64,000 nucleotides of DNA from a bacterium (GTDB lineage: Bacteria; Fidelibacterota; Fidelibacteria; Fidelibacterales; Fidelibacteraceae), in contig OY781066.1 of NCBI GenBank assembly GCA_963676395.1, positions 512,001 to 576,000 on the forward strand. Direction: 5' to 3'. Of the stretch, positions 8,537 to 18,417 are shown piece after piece (positions within the stretch are counted from its first letter, which is position 1; the number at the start of each line of letters is the position of its first letter). The position numbers and the translations under genes were made by a program. Below the pieces are notes generated by a model. It made no database searches, had not been told where the DNA came from, and saw only the letters and a program-made list of their open reading frames with translations.

Positions 8537-11500
8537 TCATTTGATCACCGCAACCTTTCCGGATTTTTTACCCACTGAGGATTCAATCACGTAAAAGTAA
8601 ACACCAAAAGCAATATCCAGGTTCTCGCTTGTCTTTAGATCCCAAGCAAGCGTACCATTATGAATATCACCATCATGATTCAATGTTCTAACCAATGAAC
8701 CTGCCGATGTAAAGAGATATACTTTCGCATCTTCAGGTAATCTACGGAATTCGATTCTTCGCTCACCTCGTCCCGATGTTACTGCGGGAGGAAGTGGCGC
8801 TTCCATGTTATTAGCTACAATATATGGATTTGGAACAACCTGAACATTTTCCAATGAAGTTATCGCATCATCAGTGTTCACTTCGGGTACTTCGGTTGTA
8901 AATTCAAATACGTCACCGTTTCTGAAGGGTTTCTTTGTAATAATACTTAAGACATCGCCATTACCAAATTTATTACGGGTACCTTGTTCTCTAAATGTTA
9001 TAACCCAAGAATAGATCGCATTTAAGGAATCGGTATCTCCCGGCAAATAAAAGAAGGTCGAGAGCATTGCGCCATTGGACAATTCATAAATATCTGATGA
9101 GTTTTTATGACCGCCTGAAAATATAAATGGCACAACACAAGAATCCGTAACATTGTAGAGATAGAAGTTGGTTTCTACCGCTGAAGGTCTTAAAAATGAC
9201 GGTAATGTTGAATAAACATTATCAATTAAAAACTGAGGTGTAGAATAACCAATAGATGTGGAATCAACAAATCTGATCTCAAAATCAGCCGGATATGGTA
9301 TACCTGTCATAATGGTATCACCGAATGATGATGCAAATGCTTTCATTGAGAAATCCATTTGGCGACCATTTGTATTATTCCAAAATGTGTTATCTTCATC
9401 CTTTTCAATGATCCAATCATTAGCAAAGACCAACTGCAAACCATCAAAAATATCTGAATCCTTTGTTTCTCCTGAGTATGGCGAGCCTAAAATATTTGGA
9501 CTTTCATAGACGGGATAATACTGATAATTAAGGATATAATTCCCTTTTTCATAAGCACTACCGTCTATCAATTTAATTCTTCCTCTTAAGGTATCGAATT
9601 CAAATTCATCAACATCAAGATAATCATTGGGATAATCGACTTCCGCGATCAAAATACTATTTTTAATCAAATGTTCTTTCGCCAGATAAACATATTCAGT
9701 ATCCACTTCAACTATTTCTCTATGTCCCGTAAGGTCCATGATGGTATATAAAGTTGTAATGGGTGTATATTCATCCGGATCTAGAACATCAACTAAAAAA
9801 TCTTCATCATTATCAAGACTATCAGATTTAGTATCAATAAATGTTACACGGTATGTATGATCAGACAGTTCTGCTTCATCAAGGATCTCATAAGCGATCT
9901 CACCACTGGCGGGACCCTCATCGTGGAAAAGTTTTGTATCTTGATTTAAAGCATCATAGCCTGCGACAGCCGGTTGAGGTCTTACAACAGCAGTATTAAC
10001 ATCGGTAATAATAGAACCATCTGGCTGTACCGAGATAAACTTGGTGTTTTCTGAAGGGTAGATATCATTTGCCTCATCACCGCGATCATAGGCGACAACA
10101 GCATAATAATACTGTTTTCCATTAACAACATCATTATCAACATAAGTATGCTGTAATCCTGTATTATTACCCAGATTAACCGTATAACCATCGGCTTCTT
10201 GGAACAATTCGGAACTCGGTTCAAACATTCCGCTGATATGATTATCAAGATCGTATTGTTTAAAGGCTTTATAACCCGTGACGACACCATTGGCATTTGT
10301 TACACTGTATACTTCATTAAAATCAGAGTCAGTGGCTTTGTAAATTTTATAACCTTCAAAATCTTGTTCTTTGGTTACCGGATCAATTGATTTCTCCGCA
10401 TCTCGGTTCCAGTATAATGTTACTTTTCCATCACCCGGAACAGCGGTAAGAACAGGTTTATCGGGTGGTGAGGGGAAACGATAGTCAGAATCATATATCT
10501 TTTGTACCGTTGTACGATTTTTATATAAATCATCCAGATCATGACCATAAACAAGGGCAAGTGAGAAACGCTGGGTTTCACCCGCTCTTAAAGGGAAATA
10601 ACCTGAACCGTAAATAAAGTCACCATCTTCACCGGCAACAGGTTCACCGTTTTGGATATTGGTAGGTAGGTCAAAGTAACCCGGCTTCAACCAATCCCAA
10701 AGTTTATCATCATCATCCATAGGATATTCGTTGGAAGGTGTAAAATAATTGAACGAACTCAAACCGATCTGGTCAGATTCATCAACATCGGTTGCATCAA
10801 AATTCGGTTCACCGGCAGTAGGAAGTCCATCACCTTCACCAAAGTCGTTGGTATTGTCTTTACCATCTGCACCAACATCATCAAATTCCATATTCCAGTC
10901 ACCGTCGTTGTCAATGCCATCGGCTCGTTTTTCATCAATCATAGGATCATTAACACCCTGACCGGTAATATAATCCACATAACATACGGGATTTAAAATA
11001 TCATAGAGCTTCACATTGATCATTTCTTCACGATCGCCATCGCCATCAACATCATATTTATCGGCTTCTTGTTTTAAACGAACTTGACGATAATGGTAGA
11101 TATAGTTTTCATCAATCAAACCATCAAGGTCATTATCAATACCATCATAAGCGTTCTGGTTCATATTATAAAATTCATCGATAGGATTACCTTCGATCAA
11201 TTTTGTAACACCGGCTTCGATCGTTATTGACGCACCGCGTGTATTAAATGTTTGGGGACTTTCTGTGATCGTTACAACCGTACGACTGTAATCTTCGTTG
11301 ATCACAACCACCTGATCGCCTATTTCATAGACAATCGTATCAAAATCGTCAGCAACAAATTTCGGAGCTGAAAAAGCTAAGGCCGGATTTGTTTCAATCT
11401 CATTGTCTCCATCATTATCAATACCATCATATTGGTTGCCGGGAGATTCCAAGAAAGCATATCCGACTAAACCGACAGGTCCTTGCCATTTAGGGTTACG

Positions 11501-12397
11501 AGCACAGGAATTATCGAAATCGCCGGTATAAGTAATATCGTTTTGAACATCAAAGAATGACCAGTCATCATCATACTCACCGTGTGAATCGTCCGTACCG
11601 GTTACACCGATATATGTACCACAAAGCATACCAAAGGCAACCTTAGAATAATCGGTTGTTGATGTGTTTGTAACTTCATATAACCAGAAGATAACATCAG
11701 AAGCCAGGAACTGTTGCCACTGCATACCACGAACACGCATTTCCAAACCCAGACCGTTCCTTGTAAGATCGGTTGAATCGGGTTTAAAATAATAACCGGG
11801 GAATCCCAGCCAACGACCGGAGGTATTTGAGCGATGATTGTATTCTTCATCATTATTATCATCCATCACATAAAATGATTCCTGATCGGCAGAAAAAACA
11901 TCTTTACCAAAATAACCATTCCATGCACCTCTCCAACCGGGATCTTCGGTATCATGAGCTTTGTCCGGCCAACTTAAAGGCCAGGAATTCGGATTGGTGC
12001 TCATTGCCACCTGAGTCTGGTTGGCATTAATATATCCACCTACAGGCTCAAATGTCCATAGCTGACCATCATTTGATTCTTCGGCTTGTGTACGGGGACG
12101 ATCAATCGGACAAACAACAACTGAATTGAAGGTTAAATTTGAATCAAGGGTTTCATCGTAATATGTAACTTCGGCGCCAACCATGGGCGAAATATCTCCA
12201 ATGTAACCGTTGGTATCAAAAAGCCATGCTCCGCGGGGGCCTTTTGAACTTGGTTGTCCAACTGTCCCCCAGTTTCCAAAAACAGTACGAACCAAGTTTG
12301 CGTTATGAACGGCAGAGCGGCGATATTCCGGTCCACTTTGTGCAACAGCTATAGCTACGATGAGTAGCAATATACATAATCTTTTTATTGTTTTCAT
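8537..12397 (-). CDS. Large acidic secreted protein with Dx[DN]xDG Ca-binding motifs, an FN3-like domain and a variant T9SS-like CTD
   Basis: Signal peptide; several DGIDNDGD-type motifs; AVPGDGKVTLYW...FEGYKIYK...YYYAVVAYD; C-terminal VVPNPY...WDLKT...GVYFYVIES...GKVAVIK. Confidence 0.75.
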   Translation of the reverse strand: MKTIKRLCILLLIVAIAVAQSGPEYRRSAVHNANLVRTVFGNWGTVGQPSSKGPRGAWLFDTNGYIGDISPMVGAEVTYYDETLDSNLTFNSVVVCPIDRPRTQAEESNDGQLWTFEPVGGYINANQTQVAMSTNPNSWPLSWPDKAHDTEDPGWRGAWNGYFGKDVFSADQESFYVMDDNNDEEYNHRSNTSGRWLGFPGYYFKPDSTDLTRNGLGLEMRVRGMQWQQFLASDVIFWLYEVTNTSTTDYSKVAFGMLCGTYIGVTGTDDSHGEYDDDWSFFDVQNDITYTGDFDNSCARNPKWQGPVGLVGYAFLESPGNQYDGIDNDGDNEIETNPALAFSAPKFVADDFDTIVYEIGDQVVVINEDYSRTVVTITESPQTFNTRGASITIEAGVTKLIEGNPIDEFYNMNQNAYDGIDNDLDGLIDENYIYHYRQVRLKQEADKYDVDGDGDREEMINVKLYDILNPVCYVDYITGQGVNDPMIDEKRADGIDNDGDWNMEFDDVGADGKDNTNDFGEGDGLPTAGEPNFDATDVDESDQIGLSSFNYFTPSNEYPMDDDDKLWDWLKPGYFDLPTNIQNGEPVAGEDGDFIYGSGYFPLRAGETQRFSLALVYGHDLDDLYKNRTTVQKIYDSDYRFPSPPDKPVLTAVPGDGKVTLYWNRDAEKSIDPVTKEQDFEGYKIYKATDSDFNEVYSVTNANGVVTGYKAFKQYDLDNHISGMFEPSSELFQEADGYTVNLGNNTGLQHTYVDNDVVNGKQYYYAVVAYDRGDEANDIYPSENTKFISVQPDGSIITDVNTAVVRPQPAVAGYDALNQDTKLFHDEGPASGEIAYEILDEAELSDHTYRVTFIDTKSDSLDNDEDFLVDVLDPDEYTPITTLYTIMDLTGHREIVEVDTEYVYLAKEHLIKNSILIAEVDYPNDYLDVDEFEFDTLRGRIKLIDGSAYEKGNYILNYQYYPVYESPNILGSPYSGETKDSDIFDGLQLVFANDWIIEKDEDNTFWNNTNGRQMDFSMKAFASSFGDTIMTGIPYPADFEIRFVDSTSIGYSTPQFLIDNVYSTLPSFLRPSAVETNFYLYNVTDSCVVPFIFSGGHKNSSDIYELSNGAMLSTFFYLPGDTDSLNAIYSWVITFREQGTRNKFGNGDVLSIITKKPFRNGDVFEFTTEVPEVNTDDAITSLENVQVVPNPYIVANNMEAPLPPAVTSGRGERRIEFRRLPEDAKVYLFTSAGSLVRTLNHDGDIHNGTLAWDLKTSENLDIAFGVYFYVIESSVGKKSGKVAVIK

Positions 12398-15177
12398 AAG
12401 TTTATCCTCAATCCGATCTCTATACGACGAGGTTCAGAATAGTAATATGGTGAGTTAAACAATTCCGCAATACTGATAACCGGTGTCGCAACATTCAAAG
12501 CTTCAATTCGAGCTTGATCTCCGGTAAATCCGGCGCGACCCGTATCATCATATACACCCACTTCATTCAATCTATCAAGAACATTGGTTATTCTCACAAA
12601 AACTTCAGGTGTCAAACCAAATAGATCAAAGCGATAGAAGCCGCGTAAGTTCACGTTGAATGTTGAAGGTTTACTCTCTGAATTTTCCAGTAATGAAGTA
12701 ATATCGTCTGAAGCTCTTGGCGTATATGGCAAGCCACTTCCGTAAGATGCTACAGCATTTATACCCCAAAAAGAAGTATTAAAACCACCTACAACATTCA
12801 CGGTATGTCGCTGATCCCAAGAAAGGGGAAGCAACTGAACTTCAGGATCAGATCCGCCTGACACGGCATTCATATAAGCATAAGGATCCGATGCCGTCCC
12901 TTCTGCAATTTGAAAAGTATAATCCGCACCGGCATAAAAGCCACTGGGATCACGCTGATTCAATGAGAAGGTTACACCTTTGATCACTGCAAAATCAGAG
13001 TTTACGACTTTAGAATAATATTTTGACCCACCAAAGACTTCGATCACATCGGCACGTGTACCGGTCAGATCACGAACATCTTTAAGATATACTGTCAAGT
13101 CTGCAGACAAATTAGAATTCAACTGCTGTTGTAAACCAATTTCACCAACAATGGTTTTTTCCGGTGAAAGATCGGCATTTCCGATCGTACCTTGGTGACC
13201 GGTACCACTTCCTAATTGAAATGAAGGGTTCATATATAAATAGGTATAGTTAGGTGTCTGAAAAAATTGTCCGTATGAGAAATGAAATACACCTTGTTCA
13301 GAAATCGGAAAAGAAAATCCAATTCGAGGTGAAACAGCCAATTTTGGTGTTGCATCCACATACCAATATTCGGACCTATCTTCAATACTTTTACTAGCCT
13401 CACCGGCATCCTGTACACCATTGCCATTAATATCATTAAAACGATTATCAGGTTTAATAGGATTGTAAATATCAGGATCAGAAGGATCTGCCAGGGTAAC
13501 ATAATTAGGGTTAAAGTAGTCAAAACGTACACCAACATTAACAATGAAATCCTTTAGTTCAATTTTATCTTGAATAAAAGCAGAAAATTCAACGGGACTA
13601 ACTTCAAATGAACTTGAATAAAGCGTTGTATCAGCTAATCTGGTAGGTGTAATATATGGATCATCAGAATTAAATGATTCTTCATCTGCAGCAGGTCTGT
13701 ATTCCCAACTATTATATGCTAACATATTATATTTGAACTCGGCACCCAATTTCAATTGATGTGCTTTATCCAATTGAGATGTAAAAGTAAATTTACCAAG
13801 ATGATAACCACTGTTTCGTTCATACCAATTGTTCTGAGTACCTCCGATATGCAACTGATAAGGAAAAGTATTTTGCATTTCAGGATGAACCAGTAAATTG
13901 GAATCAGCTTCTGTCAATTCAAAATGATCATAGTAATTCTTGTATAATCTATTACCGTAAGTATAGGCCAAATCAAAGAAAGTTGTTTGAGATAGCTGAT
14001 GCTGATACTTTAAAATATGTGTTTGACCTATTTGATCCTGCGTACTTAAACCATCGGGATTATACATCCAACCGCGATCAGCACTTTGGAAACGGCGATC
14101 ATCATAGATCATATTATAAGAAACACGAGCTTTATCATTGATGCGATAGATTAATTGTCCCTGTAAATAGTATTTACGATTCCAACCCATATCTACCCAT
14201 TTACCATCTCCAAGCATCGTGGTTGAATCGGTAAGTTGAATGTCATTAAATCCGACTTCTTCTCCATAAGCAATAGGGGTGTATCTATTTTGACCTTTAT
14301 GATAACCATCATAATAGATATTTCTGGCATTTAAATAATAATAGAGTTTTCCGGGAATAATGGGACCATTTAAACCAAGTTCAATATTTCTGATACCGAA
14401 AAGTTCTATTCTATTAACTCTGGGGAAAATCTCCTCATGAGATGAAATATGGTCACCAAAATACGTTTCCACATGACCACCGAAATCATCGGAACCTTGT
14501 TTTGTGGTGATATTAACAATACCGGACATCGCCTGTCCATATTCGGCATTAAAAGCCCCCGAAATAACCTGAAGCTCTTGCACCATGGAAGTGTTCACAT
14601 CAACAGTAGATGAACGATCGTATGAATCGGTCATGGGAACACCATCTATCATATACATAACTTCACCACGACGACCACCTCGCAGGGAGCCATCAACCAT
14701 CCCAGCTTGCATAGCAAGAACATCACCAACTTCGGTAACGGGTAATGATTCCATTTCTTTTGCACCAACAATAGCGGTTGTAGATGTCAAATCCTTTTGG
14801 ATCATGGGTCTTTCAGCAACAACAGTTACTTCCCCACTCTGTAGGGCCTCAACTGTCATTTCCGCATCCAGAGGTGTTGTAAAATCAACTTGAACCTCTA
14901 CATCAGTTACTTTTAGCTGTCCGTATCCGATCATCATGAAACGCAATGTGTAAGTTCCGGGGGGAACATTGATAATATAGTAGTTCCCATCAAGATCAGA
15001 AGCAGCACCTAAAATAGTTCCTTCCACGAGAATATTACACCCCGGGAGGGGATCTCCGGTCGCCTTATCGATCACCTGTCCGGATATTTTTCCGGCAGTA
15101 CCAGCAAAAAGTGCCGAAACACTAAATGCAATAATCAACAAGAACATAACCAAACGCCTAATAGTAGCTTGTTTCAT
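12394..15177 (-). CDS. TonB-dependent receptor with N-terminal carboxypeptidase-regulatory-like domain
   Basis: GKISGQVID...PLPGCNI; plug RGGRRGEVMYMIDG and GAFNAEYGQAMSGIVNITTK; barrel ending RRIEIGLRINL; 4-nt overlap with the next gene. Confidence 0.93.
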   Translation of the reverse strand: MKQATIRRLVMFLLIIAFSVSALFAGTAGKISGQVIDKATGDPLPGCNILVEGTILGAASDLDGNYYIINVPPGTYTLRFMMIGYGQLKVTDVEVQVDFTTPLDAEMTVEALQSGEVTVVAERPMIQKDLTSTTAIVGAKEMESLPVTEVGDVLAMQAGMVDGSLRGGRRGEVMYMIDGVPMTDSYDRSSTVDVNTSMVQELQVISGAFNAEYGQAMSGIVNITTKQGSDDFGGHVETYFGDHISSHEEIFPRVNRIELFGIRNIELGLNGPIIPGKLYYYLNARNIYYDGYHKGQNRYTPIAYGEEVGFNDIQLTDSTTMLGDGKWVDMGWNRKYYLQGQLIYRINDKARVSYNMIYDDRRFQSADRGWMYNPDGLSTQDQIGQTHILKYQHQLSQTTFFDLAYTYGNRLYKNYYDHFELTEADSNLLVHPEMQNTFPYQLHIGGTQNNWYERNSGYHLGKFTFTSQLDKAHQLKLGAEFKYNMLAYNSWEYRPAADEESFNSDDPYITPTRLADTTLYSSSFEVSPVEFSAFIQDKIELKDFIVNVGVRFDYFNPNYVTLADPSDPDIYNPIKPDNRFNDINGNGVQDAGEASKSIEDRSEYWYVDATPKLAVSPRIGFSFPISEQGVFHFSYGQFFQTPNYTYLYMNPSFQLGSGTGHQGTIGNADLSPEKTIVGEIGLQQQLNSNLSADLTVYLKDVRDLTGTRADVIEVFGGSKYYSKVVNSDFAVIKGVTFSLNQRDPSGFYAGADYTFQIAEGTASDPYAYMNAVSGGSDPEVQLLPLSWDQRHTVNVVGGFNTSFWGINAVASYGSGLPYTPRASDDITSLLENSESKPSTFNVNLRGFYRFDLFGLTPEVFVRITNVLDRLNEVGVYDDTGRAGFTGDQARIEALNVATPVISIAELFNSPYYYSEPRRIEIGLRINL

Positions 15178-15290
15178 ACTATTTCCTATGATATTTCGAT
15201 TGCATGCTTAGTTTGAGGGAAATTAAAATAGTTTCTTTAAAATACAAACATTTTTTTATACATTCTTGTTATTAAATCAGGGGATGAAAA

Positions 15291-16298
15291 ATGAAAAAGA
15301 ATATACCTTTAAGCACGATAAGACAATTTAAAACGAACGAAGAAATACGTGCCTATCTACTATTAAAGGAAAAACATCTGCGATTAACACGTGATGGGAA
15401 GCCCTATCTTGATGTAATTCTTGCAGATAGATCAGGTGCTATCATAGGTAAAATCTGGGAGCACGCCGGAGAGATCGAACCGATGATCGAGACAGGCGCT
15501 CCTGTTGGTGTCCGTGCTATCGTCGAAGATTATCGAGGTAATCGTCAACTCAATATTAAACGTATTGTACCCGTTAATGAAGAAGATTTTTCGGCTAAAG
15601 GCTTTTCCTGGGAGCTCATTTTACCTCAATCGGAGAAAAATTCTGAAAAATTGTGGAAATTTGTCGAAAAAAACATCAATAAAGTAACTGATCCCTACCT
15701 AAACAAGTTACTTCAGTTATTAATTGTTGATAATCGTAGCAAAATACTAAAACATCCTGCCTCTTTACGCTTACATCATGCCACAATGGGGGGTTTTCTG
15801 GAGCATACGGTATATATGCTTAATCTTGGACTGCATGCCGCAAAACAATACAAGTTAAATATTGACCTTATCATCACTGGGATCCTACTTCATGATATAG
15901 GAAAACTCGATGAACTTAGCGGCTATCCAAACAATATGTATACGGATGAAGGAAATTTTTTTGGACATGTTGTCATGGGATATAATATGGTAGATAGAAC
16001 AATCGAAAAGATCAAAGATTTCCCGGAAGATCTTGCGATGAAAATCAAACATATCCTCTTATCTCATCAAGGTGCTTATGAAAATCAGTCTCCCAAAAAG
16101 CCGGCGTTCCCCGAAGCACTGCTGATACATTATCTTGATGAGTTAGATGCTAGAATGGATATGATGAAAACCGCGATCAGTCAAGAACTGGATGACGGCG
16201 AATGGACCTCAATGAAAAATTATTTTAGAATACCTCTTTATAAATCGAGCAAGGAAGAAAATGAACTCAACCAAGGAAACACTAAAGAAAAATCGTAG
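15291..16298 (+). CDS. yhaM: YhaM/Cbf1-like 3'-5' exoribonuclease (OB-fold + HD domain)
   Basis: GKPYLDVILADRSGAI OB-fold; HHATMGGFLEHT, LLHDIGK, ILSHQG and HYLDELDA. Confidence 0.85.
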   Translation: MKKNIPLSTIRQFKTNEEIRAYLLLKEKHLRLTRDGKPYLDVILADRSGAIIGKIWEHAGEIEPMIETGAPVGVRAIVEDYRGNRQLNIKRIVPVNEEDFSAKGFSWELILPQSEKNSEKLWKFVEKNINKVTDPYLNKLLQLLIVDNRSKILKHPASLRLHHATMGGFLEHTVYMLNLGLHAAKQYKLNIDLIITGILLHDIGKLDELSGYPNNMYTDEGNFFGHVVMGYNMVDRTIEKIKDFPEDLAMKIKHILLSHQGAYENQSPKKPAFPEALLIHYLDELDARMDMMKTAISQELDDGEWTSMKNYFRIPLYKSSKEENELNQGNTKEKS

Positions 16299-16845
16299 TA
16301 TTGCGGAAACCGGAATATTTTTAGCCCTTTTTCTGGGACTGGCCTATGCCTTTTCCTATGTACCGAATTTAGAATTTATAACCCTTATGGCTTTTATGAG
16401 CGGCCTGCTTTTGGGGTGGAAAAGAGGTCTATTTGTAGCTTTGATCGGTGAAGCTGTCTTTTCTATCGCCAATCCCTTTGGTTCCAGCTTGGCTTTCCCA
16501 TCCTTATTGATCGCGCAGTTAATCTCATTTGGTCTTTTTTCCATCGTTGGTGCGATCTTTAGACTTTTTGTTTTAAGATTAATGGATCGTTCTCAAGGTC
16601 TGGCAGCTACCGTATTCGGTGTAACCGGACTACTGTTAACAATCAGCTATAATGTTTTAACAACCGTATCTTATGCTTTAACCTCCGGTTTTGATCTTAA
16701 TCAAACCATTGCCAGCATTATAAGTGGTATTCCCTTTTATCTGATTAACATGATAGCTAATACCATATCATTTTCCGTAATCATTACGTTGGTACTTAAA
16801 TACGTAATTAAAAGCTATCCGCATTACCTGGAGAAAAATAAATGA
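16261..16845 (+). CDS. ECF transporter S component (possibly CbrT-like)
   Basis: 194 aa with about 6 TM helices; VPNLEFITLMAFMSGLLLG motif; NPFGS. Confidence 0.7.
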   Translation: MNSTKETLKKNRSIAETGIFLALFLGLAYAFSYVPNLEFITLMAFMSGLLLGWKRGLFVALIGEAVFSIANPFGSSLAFPSLLIAQLISFGLFSIVGAIFRLFVLRLMDRSQGLAATVFGVTGLLLTISYNVLTTVSYALTSGFDLNQTIASIISGIPFYLINMIANTISFSVIITLVLKYVIKSYPHYLEKNK

Positions 16846-18269
16846 AAAAATTCCTTTTCCTTTTAATTCTTATTTGTTCTTTTTCCTTCGCTTATGAATT
16901 AAGCCTTGGCGGTTTAGGCTCTTCCACGGTCTTTGATTATGAAGCCAGAGAGTCCTTATTGGTATATCCAAAATCTTGGCTTAAGCCACACCCGGAATTA
17001 CTTCACTATAACTACCAGGATTCTTCATGGACAAAAGCTCAATGGAAACAGATCTTTGGCTTGGATAGAAGCAGTTCAAGTTATGTCTTGCTCCAATATA
17101 GTCCATTTTCTTTTCCTCATCGTTGGAATACCGGAGTCCAATTTACCAATTACAAAGGGGCCAACCCGATAAATAGAAGTGCCGCAGTATTTCATTTTAA
17201 ACATAAGCACGGAGATATTGAGTACTATTTTAATAATAATGACCAAAAGATTAACCTATTAAACAGAACAAACATTAATTATCGCCTTAAAACCAATTCT
17301 CTAAAATTTAAACTTAATCTAAATGACAAATTTGATCTTAATGGTGGCATTAACCTGAATTTTATTGAGCAAGAAGACGATAGCGTGCGAAATTATGATA
17401 TTCACCATGAACAGATAGCACTAAGCTACAAAGCTAATAATGCCCTTAAAGCCTATGGAAAGTTCCACTATTGGTATTGGGTGAATGAAGACAGGCAAGA
17501 TCCGGCTTGGCTTTTTTATCCCGGCCTTAAATATAGCGGAAAAAATTATAGTGCCGAAGCTATGCTCCGTATTGCCAGTACTTCGGTAAAACCAATAATC
17601 ATTTTATCATGTTTTGATGATTATTTTTACGCACAAGCCTATACAAAAGTAAGATCAAGTCGATTGGCACTTTTCCAATCGCCAGAACGTTATATAGGTG
17701 CCAATATGGGATTAAAATACAAGAAAAATGATTTCGATATTGATATTCAATACTCAACCTCGGTAAATTATGCTTTACCTCATGTTATGACTCCTCATAT
17801 AAATGATCATTCCAAATTTACCGCAAAAATGGGCATGAAAATTAATAATATTGATCTCTATTATCATGCATCATATAATAATATTAAAAATCCCCTGACC
17901 GGTTTTTACCATCCTGAACGAGCGGTTTTAACGCCGGGACTCAAATTTATTACTCCCGTAGCCAAAGGCAATCTTCTACTCTACGGTGATGTCAATGCAA
18001 AATACATTGTGCACGAACATCCTGACAATGTCAGTTTTGATCCCGTTACTCTATGCTATTCTTTAAACGGGGAAAGTCAGCTGGTAAATGACTGGATTTT
18101 TAACTTTTCATTAAAAGCCAAGGTCTCAACAGTTATATTATCAGCGGAGATCACCCTACCGTTCAATACCGAAAAAGCAAGCTTTGATTATTTTTGGACC
18201 AGCTCTGATCTGCAGTATGGTCATGGCGCATACGCCGGATTGGATATAGAATGGTTTTGGTGGAAATAA
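16842..18269 (+). CDS. Exported hypothetical protein, probable outer-membrane beta-barrel
   Basis: Signal peptide; aromatic-rich alternating strands; terminal strand YAGLDIEWFWWK; overlaps the S-component stop codon. Confidence 0.55.
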   Translation: MKKFLFLLILICSFSFAYELSLGGLGSSTVFDYEARESLLVYPKSWLKPHPELLHYNYQDSSWTKAQWKQIFGLDRSSSSYVLLQYSPFSFPHRWNTGVQFTNYKGANPINRSAAVFHFKHKHGDIEYYFNNNDQKINLLNRTNINYRLKTNSLKFKLNLNDKFDLNGGINLNFIEQEDDSVRNYDIHHEQIALSYKANNALKAYGKFHYWYWVNEDRQDPAWLFYPGLKYSGKNYSAEAMLRIASTSVKPIIILSCFDDYFYAQAYTKVRSSRLALFQSPERYIGANMGLKYKKNDFDIDIQYSTSVNYALPHVMTPHINDHSKFTAKMGMKINNIDLYYHASYNNIKNPLTGFYHPERAVLTPGLKFITPVAKGNLLLYGDVNAKYIVHEHPDNVSFDPVTLCYSLNGESQLVNDWIFNFSLKAKVSTVILSAEITLPFNTEKASFDYFWTSSDLQYGHGAYAGLDIEWFWWK

Positions 18270-18328
18270 ACTCTCGCTTTGATATGAAGGCATAAAAAAT
18301 AAAGTAGAAATAATAAGTAAATTTATAT

Positions 18329-18361
18329 AAATGCACCCGGCAAAATATGGGTGTATTTTTT
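18329..18361 (+). terminator. Intrinsic terminator
   Basis: ATGCACCC...GGGTGTAT stem followed by a T run. Confidence 0.65.
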
Positions 18362-18417
18362 ATTTAGGAAACATTTTTTATCTTTCTCGATCATAGTTTT
18401 TCCATTATTTTCACAGC

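Noticed and set aside
15178..15290. Cobalamin or other riboswitch upstream of the yhaM-ECF operon
   Set aside because: The spacer is only 113 bp, AT-rich and has no recognisable aptamer motif.
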